Source of the DNA: a virus
DNA length: 64,000 nucleotides
IMG/VR virus record: IMGVR_UViG_3300045988_079665
Direction: 5' to 3' (one strand)
The notes beneath the pieces were generated by a model. The model saw nothing but the letters and a program-made list of their open reading frames with translations, had not been told where the DNA came from and made no database searches. Below are positions 7,314-14,921 of the stretch, piece by piece. The number at the start of each line of letters is the position of its first letter. Position 1 is the stretch's first letter. The position numbers were made by a program, and so were the translations under genes.

Positions 7314-8036
7314 TCACGGTTCAATTATACCATATTCATTTACTTTTGTCAAGAGAATATTTGCCCATTCTGCATTTTCATCTTCAGAGAGATAAAAGAA
7401 CTTATGGTTAGCAATGTTTCCCCAATATTCCTGAGCCTCATGCCATTCACTATAGCCATATGCAGGATTATAGAAATATAAAATCGGCTTGTCTGTTACA
7501 AATTTACCACCATAGAATATATCCATTACAGCATTCTTTATTTCATCATATGCTTTTTTATCCTGCTTATCCAAATTTTCATTCCAGCCATCGTATCTAT
7601 ATGCCGATTTTACTTCTGTAGCTGACAGACCATCTTTCAGCATTGCGCTAAAATAACACTGAGCAACAGCCAGCTTGCCTTCATACGGCTCACCAGCGGC
7701 CTCACCACCTACTACACATTCAACAAACCATGTTTCATATTCAGTTAGATGAAACGGTGGCTCATAGGCGATAGTAGATTCTGATTCCTGTTCTTCAATC
7801 TGTGGTTCAGTTACTACAGTATCCATAACAACCACATCATTATCTTGTTGATATTCAATTTTGGTTGTATCAATTGGTTCACATTTAATCCATTTAACAA
7901 CCGGTTCAGATTCGCGCCGTTCATCCATCATCGAATTGTATTCTTGAATCTGTGTATACACAAATCCGCCACAAGCTGTAAATCCAACTAATGCCAACCC
8001 AATTCCTGCAATCATATATCGAATTTCATTTTTCAT
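7314..8036 (-). CDS. membrane-anchored SleB-type (Hydrolase_2) cell-wall hydrolase
   Basis: N-terminal TM IRYMIAGIGLALVGF; GEAAGEPYEGKLAVAQ ... LYFYNP ... NHKFFY matches SleB C-domain pattern; start at ATG 8036 with AAAGGAGAA RBS. Confidence 0.7.
   Translation of the reverse strand: MKNEIRYMIAGIGLALVGFTACGGFVYTQIQEYNSMMDERRESEPVVKWIKCEPIDTTKIEYQQDNDVVVMDTVVTEPQIEEQESESTIAYEPPFHLTEYETWFVECVVGGEAAGEPYEGKLAVAQCYFSAMLKDGLSATEVKSAYRYDGWNENLDKQDKKAYDEIKNAVMDIFYGGKFVTDKPILYFYNPAYGYSEWHEAQEYWGNIANHKFFYLSEDENAEWANILLTKVNEYGIIEP
7324..7352 (-). promoter_or_regulatory. consensus sigma-A promoter
   Basis: rc TTGACA-aaagtaaatgaatatgg-TATAAT inside 3' end of hydrolase gene. Confidence 0.7.
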
Positions 8037-8074
8037 TGTCGATTCTCCTTTTTCAATCTCTGCCTCTGTATATG

Positions 8075-8103
8075 TATATATCACATTTAATTCTATTTGT
8101 CAA
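8075..8103 (-). promoter_or_regulatory. sigma-A promoter (-10 TATATA)
   Basis: rc TTGACA-aatagaattaaatgtga-TATATA. Confidence 0.6.
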
Positions 8104-8109
8104 GTACAA

Positions 8110-8193
8110 TTTTCAATTTTCATTTTCTGAATAGGAATATTGATTTTCAATTTCTAACTTGTTTTTCATTTTCGAAAATCATTTTTCATTTTC
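8110..8193. repeat. five phased copies of TTTTCA(A/T)TTT(C/T)
   Basis: Starts 8110, 8117, 8144, 8163, 8183; last three about 20 bp apart; directly upstream of promoter 8075-8103. Confidence 0.7.
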
Positions 8194-8426
8194 TAGCCCG
8201 TACATACATAGATATTTATATACATATCTATCTGCACATACATTTACATATTCATATGCAGATTCATCTGCATCATCATGCATATAAATGATGTAGATAG
8301 ATGTATTTATAGATAATACGTGGCTTTGTGTCTATAAATATAAACGCCACATTTACTTTCATGCACATATCGGCAAACATATTAGCACCAAAGTCAATGT
8401 CATTCACATTTTTCATATGAATATAT

Positions 8427-8438
8427 GTGAATATTCAC
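8427..8438. repeat. 12-bp perfect palindrome GTGAATATTCAC
   Basis: Read directly. Confidence 0.8.
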
Positions 8439-8719
8439 ACATTTTCCCAACAAGTTTATGTATTGATTTGCCGCTTTTTCTATTTAGACATATAGATATA
8501 TACTATTATCATCAGTCTATTACATGCACACATTATTTTGTATAGATATAATGCTTGATTGTCAACTATGGCAGAATCGCCGCAATTAGCTGTATTGCAC
8601 CATCTGCGTCTCACTATGCCAATTTCAACGCAATCTCATATACATACTAGACTCGGCGCAAAAGTCCGTTGTACGTCATCAGAGCCGCACCGCCACGATT
8701 ATATGTAGGCATATATTAC

Positions 8720-8906
8720 TGGGGAAAATCTGCATAGCTTAAGCCGCACACACACATGAGAAAAATCTAGTCGATTTTTTCGCGCCGAGCCAGTGTATGT
8801 ACTGTATATAGTTGGGGAAAATGTAAAAAATTGTAAGGTCACATATACGCGAGGATTTTTTGCATCGATTTATTGCTTCATTTGAATAAAGTGTATCTGG
8901 GAAAAT
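8720..8906 (+). repeat. three direct copies of T(G)GGGAAAAT (8720-8729, 8813-8822, 8898-8906)
   Basis: Read directly; inverted copies at 8441-8449 and 13106-13115. Confidence 0.6.
8837..8877 (+). repeat. left copy of imperfect ~45-bp direct repeat
   Basis: GGTCACATATACGCGAGGATTTTTTGCATCGATTT vs 12781-12827 GGTAACACGTACGCGAGTATCTAATTTTTTGCAATCGATTT. Confidence 0.5.
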
Positions 8907-9139
8907 ATGATAATTGGAAACCACTGGCAATTTAGTTAAATGTCTCTAACTCATGGCCGACTTTCCCCTCCTCATAGGTGCTTCCCTAGGTCACTTTAAT
9001 TATAGCAGATCGTGTGCCATATGTCAACAAAAAAATTTGTACAAAAATAAGCCACCCATTTTAGGCACATTGTACAATGCTCTTCTGGCGGCTTTGGCGG
9101 CTTTATACGGCGCGAACTATGCTAGAGCTATAGAAAACA

Positions 9140-9178
9140 TAGGGAAACAAAGAAAACCCGTTAACGTCTGTCAACGGG
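9140..9178 (-). terminator. intrinsic terminator ending the GC-richer cassette
   Basis: minus strand CCCGTT-gacagacgtt-AACGGG followed by TTTTCTTTGTTT. Confidence 0.6.
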
Positions 9179-9337
9179 CTTGTTGCAATATGTATCAATA
9201 GCGCACTGGCAATCTTTCTTTGTGCGATATTTTCCGAAACATAGCAACTTGGAAAATTTGCGTTCTTCTGTATTATAAACACACCACCATAATCTTCTAT
9301 CAATCGCAGTTCTTTTCATTGGTATAAATTTGTCCAT
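9161..9337 (-). CDS. small basic Cys-containing protein (58 aa), tentative
   Basis: GGAAGGAG RBS 8 nt before ATG 9337; below track cutoff; different frame from track ORF 9103..9303. Confidence 0.5.
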   Translation of the reverse strand: MDKFIPMKRTAIDRRLWWCVYNTEERKFSKLLCFGKYRTKKDCQCAIDTYCNKPVDRR

Positions 9338-9454
9338 TTTATTTTACTCCTTCCATTTCTCAACCGCTCAGCGCCTTGCTACGGACTTTCCAGCGCGTCC
9401 GGCTATGTTTACTTGTCTTTTCTGTTTGTGGCGTGGTGGGCTTGCTATGCCGTC

Positions 9455-9688
9455 TTAAGATAATTCAAACTTGACAAGCTCCACAGCGGCCGCGTGTAGC
9501 TGAGACGGCACGCTTGCGATATAGTCATATAGCTCCGCCGGGAGCAAATCACAACCTACCGCCATATATCCGGCGCGCTCCGTCCAACGTGTATAAATAT
9601 GGCACTTGTCACAATGGCGGCAGTCTCCACCACATTTTTCCAATTTTCTTCCAGCCGTTTCTAACTGTTTGATCTGTTTTTTCGTCAT
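9455..9688 (-). CDS. hypothetical Cys-rich protein (77 aa)
   Basis: ORF track; CGGDCRHCDKCH; GGGGGA RBS. Confidence 0.7.
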   Translation of the reverse strand: MTKKQIKQLETAGRKLEKCGGDCRHCDKCHIYTRWTERAGYMAVGCDLLPAELYDYIASVPSQLHAAAVELVKFELS

Positions 9689-9703
9689 GGTAAAATCCCC
9701 CTA

Positions 9704-9892
9704 TCATTTAACATATTCAAAAGTCAATTTATCATAGTCATAAATCGTAACATATTTAACAGGAATTGACGCGATTTCAATATGTTTTACGTTGTGTAAG
9801 TAATTTTTTAGCGCCTTTTGACTGGAAAATTTTGTGGTAGTGAAAAGATATTCCCCGTTAACATAGCAACGGATTTTCCTATTTCTTTCCAT
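9704..9892 (-). CDS. hypothetical protein (62 aa)
   Basis: ORF track; AGGAGGA RBS. Confidence 0.65.
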   Translation of the reverse strand: MERNRKIRCYVNGEYLFTTTKFSSQKALKNYLHNVKHIEIASIPVKYVTIYDYDKLTFEYVK

Positions 9893-9907
9893 GGTAAAAT
9901 CCTCCTC

Positions 9908-10132
9908 TTATTTATAATTTTTTACAATAAATTCCATTGCTTCTTCTTCCGTGTCAAATATTTTGACTCTGTTTTCCCAATTTTTACAAGTGTAAGGATT
10001 TCCCGCCCACGCTATAAAATAAGTTTGTTTAACGCTTCTACAATGATCTTGTAACATTCCGATATATCCATTTTTTGTATGGATGTAATACGTGTCAAAA
10101 TAAGCGTTCCCTTGTCTGTAAATCTTTTCCAT
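9908..10132 (-). CDS. hypothetical protein (74 aa)
   Basis: ORF track; AAGGAGAA RBS. Confidence 0.7.
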   Translation of the reverse strand: MEKIYRQGNAYFDTYYIHTKNGYIGMLQDHCRSVKQTYFIAWAGNPYTCKNWENRVKIFDTEEEAMEFIVKNYK

Positions 10133-10134
10133 GG

Positions 10135-10365
10135 TTATTCTCCTTTACAATTTCTAACACTCTGTACCCGCTCGACCACCTTGTAAAAAAGTGGCAGAAT
10201 TTCCGGGCGCGGATACTTCATTTTGCAAAATTCCTTATACGTCGCAGGCTGACAAGCACAAGCCGCGATATAATCTTGATCGTTGTCTATGTCATATCCC
10301 ACGGAGTCGGCCAGACGTTGTAGGGATAATAATTTCTTATCCCAAAATTTTACAGTATGTTTCAT
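10135..10365 (-). CDS. hypothetical protein (76 aa)
   Basis: ORF track; AGGAGGT RBS. Confidence 0.7.
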   Translation of the reverse strand: MKHTVKFWDKKLLSLQRLADSVGYDIDNDQDYIAACACQPATYKEFCKMKYPRPEILPLFYKVVERVQSVRNCKGE

Positions 10366-10369
10366 TATG

Positions 10370-10495
10370 TTAACCTCCTAAAATTTTACAAATAAGCGCA
10401 GGAATCCAAAACAAGCTGGAAATTGCTACCAGACCACCTAAAAACTGGAGCGTCCAGTAAATGGGATTTAAACGGCGTTTACGTCTTTTTTGCAT
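10370..10495 (-). CDS. small membrane protein (41 aa), tentative
   Basis: MQKRRKRRLNPIYWTLQFLGGLVAISSLFWIPALICKILGG; AAGGAGGCA RBS; below cutoff. Confidence 0.4.
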   Translation of the reverse strand: MQKRRKRRLNPIYWTLQFLGGLVAISSLFWIPALICKILGG

Positions 10496-10507
10496 GGTTT
10501 TGCCTCC

Positions 10508-10834
10508 TTACTCAATAATGACGCTTGTGCTATCGGTATACAAATAATCATAGCCCTGACGGCACCACGCCGCCCCGTATGGGTAAATATATTTATCAGC
10601 ATATCCAGCAAAAGACGGATTTAATTTTCTGCGTTCACGTTCGGCCCTTGCAAGCTGGAGCGCTTGTGCGCGTGTAATACGTTCTGCGTCTGGATAATCT
10701 TGTAAAAAATCTTCCGTTGTAAATTTCTTACAATAGCTAGGATTTTCTGGATAGTATCCAGCATCGGTTGTGTAAAAAAGCTTGTATTGATTGCCAAAAT
10801 CCCCGTGTACTACAAAATATTTTCTTTTTTCCAT
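10508..10834 (-). CDS. hypothetical protein (108 aa)
   Basis: ORF track; AAGGAGGAA RBS. Confidence 0.75.
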   Translation of the reverse strand: MEKRKYFVVHGDFGNQYKLFYTTDAGYYPENPSYCKKFTTEDFLQDYPDAERITRAQALQLARAERERRKLNPSFAGYADKYIYPYGAAWCRQGYDYLYTDSTSVIIE

Positions 10835-10917
10835 TGTAATTTCCTCCTTATTTTATCTTAAAAAAATGTTATGGGGTGCCGCTTTTTTATGGAAAACGGC
10901 CTAGAAAACCGCTTGTT

Positions 10918-11466
10918 TTATTCCGCAAAAAGATTTTTAATTTCTTCCAGGTCTTTTTCCGGTATGTTGGAAATGACCCACCCGTGACCGTATTTATAGG
11001 GCTTTCCGTCCGCTTTACGTGTTCCGATCAAATCAGCAGTTAACGGCACTTCATACAGTCCGCAATTTTTTAGCATTTCACAAACTTTTTTATAGTCATA
11101 TTCATTCCCTTTAACTTTCCACTCCGCAACAGCTTTTTCTTGTTCTGGCGTCCCAGCGTGCATGCCGTTCAAATGATATTTTTTCCAAAAAGTATAAATT
11201 TTTTGGAAAAGAGGCGTTTTAATATATTTTGCAATGTCATCAAGATTTTGACCGCCGGAACAAATATCAGAATGGCGAGAGTTCCAGATGCTCCCACTCG
11301 CAGAAAATTCAATATATTTATTATTATATTTTTCGGTAAAATTGCCAGCCTTATCAAATACTTTTTCTCCGCCTTTTTCTTCCAGACAAATAGTCACGTC
11401 AACGGCGCAATCTTTCCGGCCTCTGTTCATATAATCGATTTTACCAAAATTAAAAGTTTTTTCCAT
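10918..11466 (-). CDS. hypothetical protein (182 aa)
   Basis: ORF track; AGGAGGAA RBS. Confidence 0.8.
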   Translation of the reverse strand: MEKTFNFGKIDYMNRGRKDCAVDVTICLEEKGGEKVFDKAGNFTEKYNNKYIEFSASGSIWNSRHSDICSGGQNLDDIAKYIKTPLFQKIYTFWKKYHLNGMHAGTPEQEKAVAEWKVKGNEYDYKKVCEMLKNCGLYEVPLTADLIGTRKADGKPYKYGHGWVISNIPEKDLEEIKNLFAE

Positions 11467-11620
11467 TTTTTGTTCCTCCTGAATTTTTTGTTTGGTTGTT
11501 TATCGTGCCTTAAGTATAACCGATATTTTTTTATAATGTCAATCGGCATGTTGTACAAATTTTAATTGGTTTCTTTGTTTATTTTTTTATAGTTTGGCGG
11601 GATTGCTCCCGCCTTGCTAG

Positions 11621-11761
11621 TTACTGTCTATCAATCCATTCTCTAGCGGCTTTTTCGGTTTCTACCTTTGCTATAATTTTACCGCTTGTGTCTCGAATGT
11701 AATAGACGCTTTCGGATTCCTGAATTAAGAATCCTTTGTATTGTTCTTCCGTTGTTCTCAC
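11621..11761 (-). CDS. possible 46-aa ORF with GTG start
   Basis: Protein-like frame ...EEQYKGFLIQESESVYYIRDTSGKIIAKVETEKAAREWIDRQ but no well-spaced start codon. Confidence 0.3.
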   Translation of the reverse strand: MRTTEEQYKGFLIQESESVYYIRDTSGKIIAKVETEKAAREWIDRQ

Positions 11762-11778
11762 CTCCCTTGCATGGTTAT

Positions 11779-11807
11779 ATGATACAGCACGACACCGGAA
11801 AAGTCAA
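11779..11807 (-). promoter_or_regulatory. sigma-A-type promoter (TTGACT-17-TGtATCAT)
   Basis: Read on minus strand. Confidence 0.5.
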
Positions 11808-11877
11808 TATAGCAGCTATAAAAATATTGCACAAAAAAGCGCGGCTGATTTTATGCAAATTGACGAAGGATATGGAC

Positions 11878-11912
11878 ATAAAAATCCCGGCCAGCTATGA
11901 CGGCCAGCCGGG
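11878..11912 (-). terminator. GC-rich hairpin plus T-run
   Basis: minus strand CCCGGC...GCCGGG followed by ATTTTTAT. Confidence 0.5.
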
Positions 11913-11920
11913 AAAAACTA

Positions 11921-12079
11921 TTATTTTTGTTTGCGCCAGATATTATAATCGCTTGCACTCATAATCTTGTAACCTCCGTCCACTTTAACAATCACTTGAT
12001 CTCTTGTTGCTGCCTTGCTTGCATAATAACGGGATGCATACAAACCGGACTTCTGATCGTAACCCTTGCAATATGTCAT
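11921..12079 (-). CDS. small protein (52 aa), tentative
   Basis: CTGGAGGT RBS 7 nt before ATG 12079; below cutoff. Confidence 0.5.
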   Translation of the reverse strand: MTYCKGYDQKSGLYASRYYASKAATRDQVIVKVDGGYKIMSASDYNIWRKQK

Positions 12080-12125
12080 TGTAATAACCTCCAGATAATG
12101 TATTATTGCCTTGTGGCTTGTTTAT

Positions 12126-12154
12126 AATATAGCAGACTATGCGCCATTTGTCTA
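12126..12154 (-). promoter_or_regulatory. candidate promoter of the cassette (TAGACA-17-TATATT)
   Basis: Read on minus strand. Confidence 0.4.
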
Positions 12155-12576
12155 TCTTTTTATAATGTTTTTTTGTATATTTTAATATATGGTTATTATA
12201 TATATTATATGTATATGCGATCAATTTACTACAATGTTATTGTAAGGCCACTGGAGCCGTTTTAAGTAGTTTTCAGGTCGAGCCGTGTTTTTATATGCCT
12301 GATCTTTTTATTCCGTTATACAGTTTTTATACAGTTTGATTATTCATTGTTTTGATAGTAAATAGCTATGATATACACTTAGAAAGTTAGAATATACTAG
12401 AATTACATAGATTATTGTATAGATATGATATGCATATACTACATATTTATTCATTTATTGCTTATTGGTACAGTGTCTTAATAGTTATATAGATATAATT
12501 ATATCGATATTGATTATTGTATATTTTTATCGATATATTATATCGGTATAATTATCTATATAATGTACTGATTATA

Positions 12577-12598
12577 ATAGTTACAATATTGTAACTAT
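12577..12598. repeat. 22-bp perfect palindrome ATAGTTACAATATTGTAACTAT
   Basis: Read directly. Confidence 0.9.
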
Positions 12599-12780
12599 GT
12601 ATTACAAAGTAGTAACAGTATTTAAATATCGATATAATAGTATTGAATATGGTATCTTGTGTGGTATATTAGATGTTATTGTATGTTATAGTAGTTGGTA
12701 TGATATAGATAATGGGGTAAATGATAGTAAATAGGGTTTATTGCATGGAGTAAATATGGTTTACCAAAAAGCGTGTATCA

Positions 12781-12827
12781 GGTAACACGTACGCGAGTAT
12801 CTAATTTTTTGCAATCGATTTTGACAA
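12781..12827 (+). repeat. right copy of imperfect ~45-bp direct repeat
   Basis: See 8837-8877. Confidence 0.5.
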
Positions 12828-12872
12828 CAGAAATTTTAGACTATTCTAAAAATCCGGAAAAATCAGTCTATA

Positions 12873-12895
12873 ATAATAGGAATCATTCCTATTAT
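12873..12895. repeat. 11-bp inverted repeat ATAATAGGAAT-c-ATTCCTATTAT
   Basis: Read directly. Confidence 0.85.
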
Positions 12896-13158
12896 AGCCC
12901 GATACGCCGGCAAAGTGCTATTTTCAGGCGTTTTTTAAGATGGTAGCATTTTCCAGTACGGGGGCTAGGATATGGATGGGAATGGTAGAAATGGAAGAAA
13001 TTGGCATTTAGCACAACAAGCTACATACCATGTAATCACATCATAAATTCATATAACCCACGCATCACTATTTAGCAACAATTCACACAACCCGTAACAG
13101 ATATTATTTTCCCCATCATAATAATTTACAATTTGTTAACAAATAGATGATTAGAATA

Positions 13159-13167
13159 TGGTATAAT
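13159..13167 (+). promoter_or_regulatory. extended -10 promoter TGgTATAAT
   Basis: No well-spaced -35 (TTAACA lies 20 nt upstream). Confidence 0.45.
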
Positions 13168-13200
13168 TAGATGATGATAAAAAAGTTGTACAATCGCTGA

Positions 13201-13232
13201 TACTAATATAATACGTTAGTATTATTATAGTG
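13201..13232 (+). promoter_or_regulatory. leader inverted repeat sharing the core AATACGTTAGTATT with 19424-19451
   Basis: 7 bp + 2 mismatches + 5 bp stem (last pair G-U), loop GTTA. Confidence 0.5.
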
Positions 13233-13289
13233 TCACGCAATGTACAAAAATTTTACATCAATGTACAAAAAAATAGAAAGGAAGAAAAT

Positions 13290-14330
13290 ATGCCAAGCAA
13301 ACCAAAATACCTGCCATCCAACGAAGATAATAAATTAATTGACGCTCTTATCAAAATAGAAGGGCGCGAATTAAAATATCCAGAGTTATGCAAGGCGCTT
13401 GATATTCCAACCAAATCTGGCAACACTAAGATATCTCAACTAGATAAAGTTCGGAATTATTGCCAACTAGATACTCTAGAACATCCCACCCGTTATATTG
13501 TCCAAGAGGTCTATCCTGAAGCAGATGCCCTTATCAATGAGCTAGATAAAGATTCCTATCAAGCCGCATTTGAAGCCGCTCTTTATCAAATATTTCTAAA
13601 GACAAACTGCGCCACTATATATGCGTCAACCAGCAATTTGCTCAGGATGTTCCAAGAGGTTAATGATAATTTCAGCTATACATATAGCCAAGCCGTAGAA
13701 AATTCAGAGCATTATGGATATATGAGCTTAGTCAATGGCGTTGTTTATAATATCCTAGCTCAATGGACTAGGCGCAAATTGCTAACCATGAAAAATCGTT
13801 ATGTCATTGATCTAAATAGGGGCTATCGTCTCTATAAACAACGGCGCAACCCAGAAGGAAAAGAAACGTGGCTCGAAACATATGATGTGCCAGAAGATAG
13901 CATAGATCATCAGACCTGCTTATCCATCTATTCTAAAGCCGTCAATGAGATTATGCCGCCAAATTGGGGCAAGGTCATAGATAATAGGGTCTACAAGCCA
14001 TATGTGTCAACAGAACAATATAAGGCGTTTGAAGCACGACTTGCACAATTAACCCAAGAGGCATTTGATGGTGAATATGTCAAAGTCAAAGAGGTTTATA
14101 TCATCAAGCCAGCAACAAAGGAATGGATTGTCAATCGGCTATTAGATGTCTATGAGCATTATCCTAGCTTTGAGAAAATCAATAAAGAAGCGTGTGCGAA
14201 GATTATTCAGACCAGCCAGCTTAGTTGTATTACAGGCAAACAGCGGCGCGAATTTGTTGACATCAATATGGACAATAAGCAAAGCGATAAACTCAAGGAT
14301 TTAGTTGCTAGTGAAAAGTGTAATCAATAA
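13290..14330 (+). CDS. hypothetical protein (346 aa); lone rightward gene, possible regulator
   Basis: ORF track 13230..14330; ATG 13290 after AGAAAGGAAGAAAAT. Confidence 0.8.
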   Translation: MPSKPKYLPSNEDNKLIDALIKIEGRELKYPELCKALDIPTKSGNTKISQLDKVRNYCQLDTLEHPTRYIVQEVYPEADALINELDKDSYQAAFEAALYQIFLKTNCATIYASTSNLLRMFQEVNDNFSYTYSQAVENSEHYGYMSLVNGVVYNILAQWTRRKLLTMKNRYVIDLNRGYRLYKQRRNPEGKETWLETYDVPEDSIDHQTCLSIYSKAVNEIMPPNWGKVIDNRVYKPYVSTEQYKAFEARLAQLTQEAFDGEYVKVKEVYIIKPATKEWIVNRLLDVYEHYPSFEKINKEACAKIIQTSQLSCITGKQRREFVDINMDNKQSDKLKDLVASEKCNQ

Positions 14331-14333
14331 AAA

Positions 14334-14380
14334 ATCTGCCCCAATTTATTCCCTATATGTATAGGGTCTTTGGGGCAGAT
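14334..14380. terminator. bidirectional compound hairpin between convergent genes
   Basis: ATCTGCCCCA/TGGGGCAGAT outer stem, CCCTATA/TATAGGG inner stem, A-run and T-run flanks. Confidence 0.75.
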
Positions 14381-14386
14381 TTCATT

Positions 14387-14581
14387 TTATTCTACTGTAT
14401 TACAAGTTGAACCTTCATCATAAATGAACGGTGGGTTGCCTGTGTTCACATATGTTAATCCATTGTACTCGTATTTTTGACCAGTACAAATTTTGGCGCT
14501 TCTCCAATTTGTCACAAATTGCTTATATTTACATCCTAGCGTCGTTTCTACACATTCAGGCCAATTTGCATTTTCTCTCAA
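14387..14581 (-). CDS. hypothetical protein (64 aa)
   Basis: ORF track. Confidence 0.6.
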   Translation of the reverse strand: MRENANWPECVETTLGCKYKQFVTNWRSAKICTGQKYEYNGLTYVNTGNPPFIYDEGSTCNTVE

Positions 14582-14639
14582 TTGCTTATATTCTGACCTA
14601 TTCTAAGTCTCAATAGTTGACGTATATCCACTTGCCATA

Positions 14640-14921
14640 TTACCAAAATGCACCTTCATCATAATCTTCAAATCTCCTATTCCATGCTTCAGCGGCTTGT
14701 TCTTCCGTGTCGTAAATATATACACCACCCAAAATCCCGCCATCGCACTCATAGCTTGCAATCGGACATTCCGGGTTTTCCTCGTGAGCATGGTGAAGCA
14801 TAAATCCAAGCCCACTATAGGGATGTTCTCTATATGTCTCATCATGCAGATTCCCTTCGTCATCGCACAAAACAATGCTAACTTTACCTCCGCAGAATGG
14901 GCATAGCTTCAACTTAGTCAT
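14640..14921 (-). CDS. Lar-family restriction-alleviation-like protein (93 aa)
   Basis: LKLCPFCGG... second Cys cluster ... EEQAAEAWNRR, the Lar family pattern as I recall it. Confidence 0.65.
   Translation of the reverse strand: MTKLKLCPFCGGKVSIVLCDDEGNLHDETYREHPYSGLGFMLHHAHEENPECPIASYECDGGILGGVYIYDTEEQAAEAWNRRFEDYDEGAFW

Noticed and set aside
8097-8291. 64-aa His/Ile/Phe-rich ORF, and other ORFs at 8739-9303
   Set aside because: These are translations of AT-rich repeats (TTTTCATTTTC, CATA/CATC runs) with no RBS. The region behaves as a non-coding control region.
11597-11614. GC hairpin GGCGGGA-ttgc-TCCCGCC as a minus-strand terminator
   Set aside because: On the transcribed (minus) strand it is followed by an A-rich tract, not a T-rich one. 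Its function is unclear.
13290-14380. Arbitrium-like AimR/AimP module, given the SPbeta-like features
   Set aside because: The 346-aa protein shows no obvious TPR-like repeats. It is followed immediately by a bidirectional terminator with no small peptide ORF.
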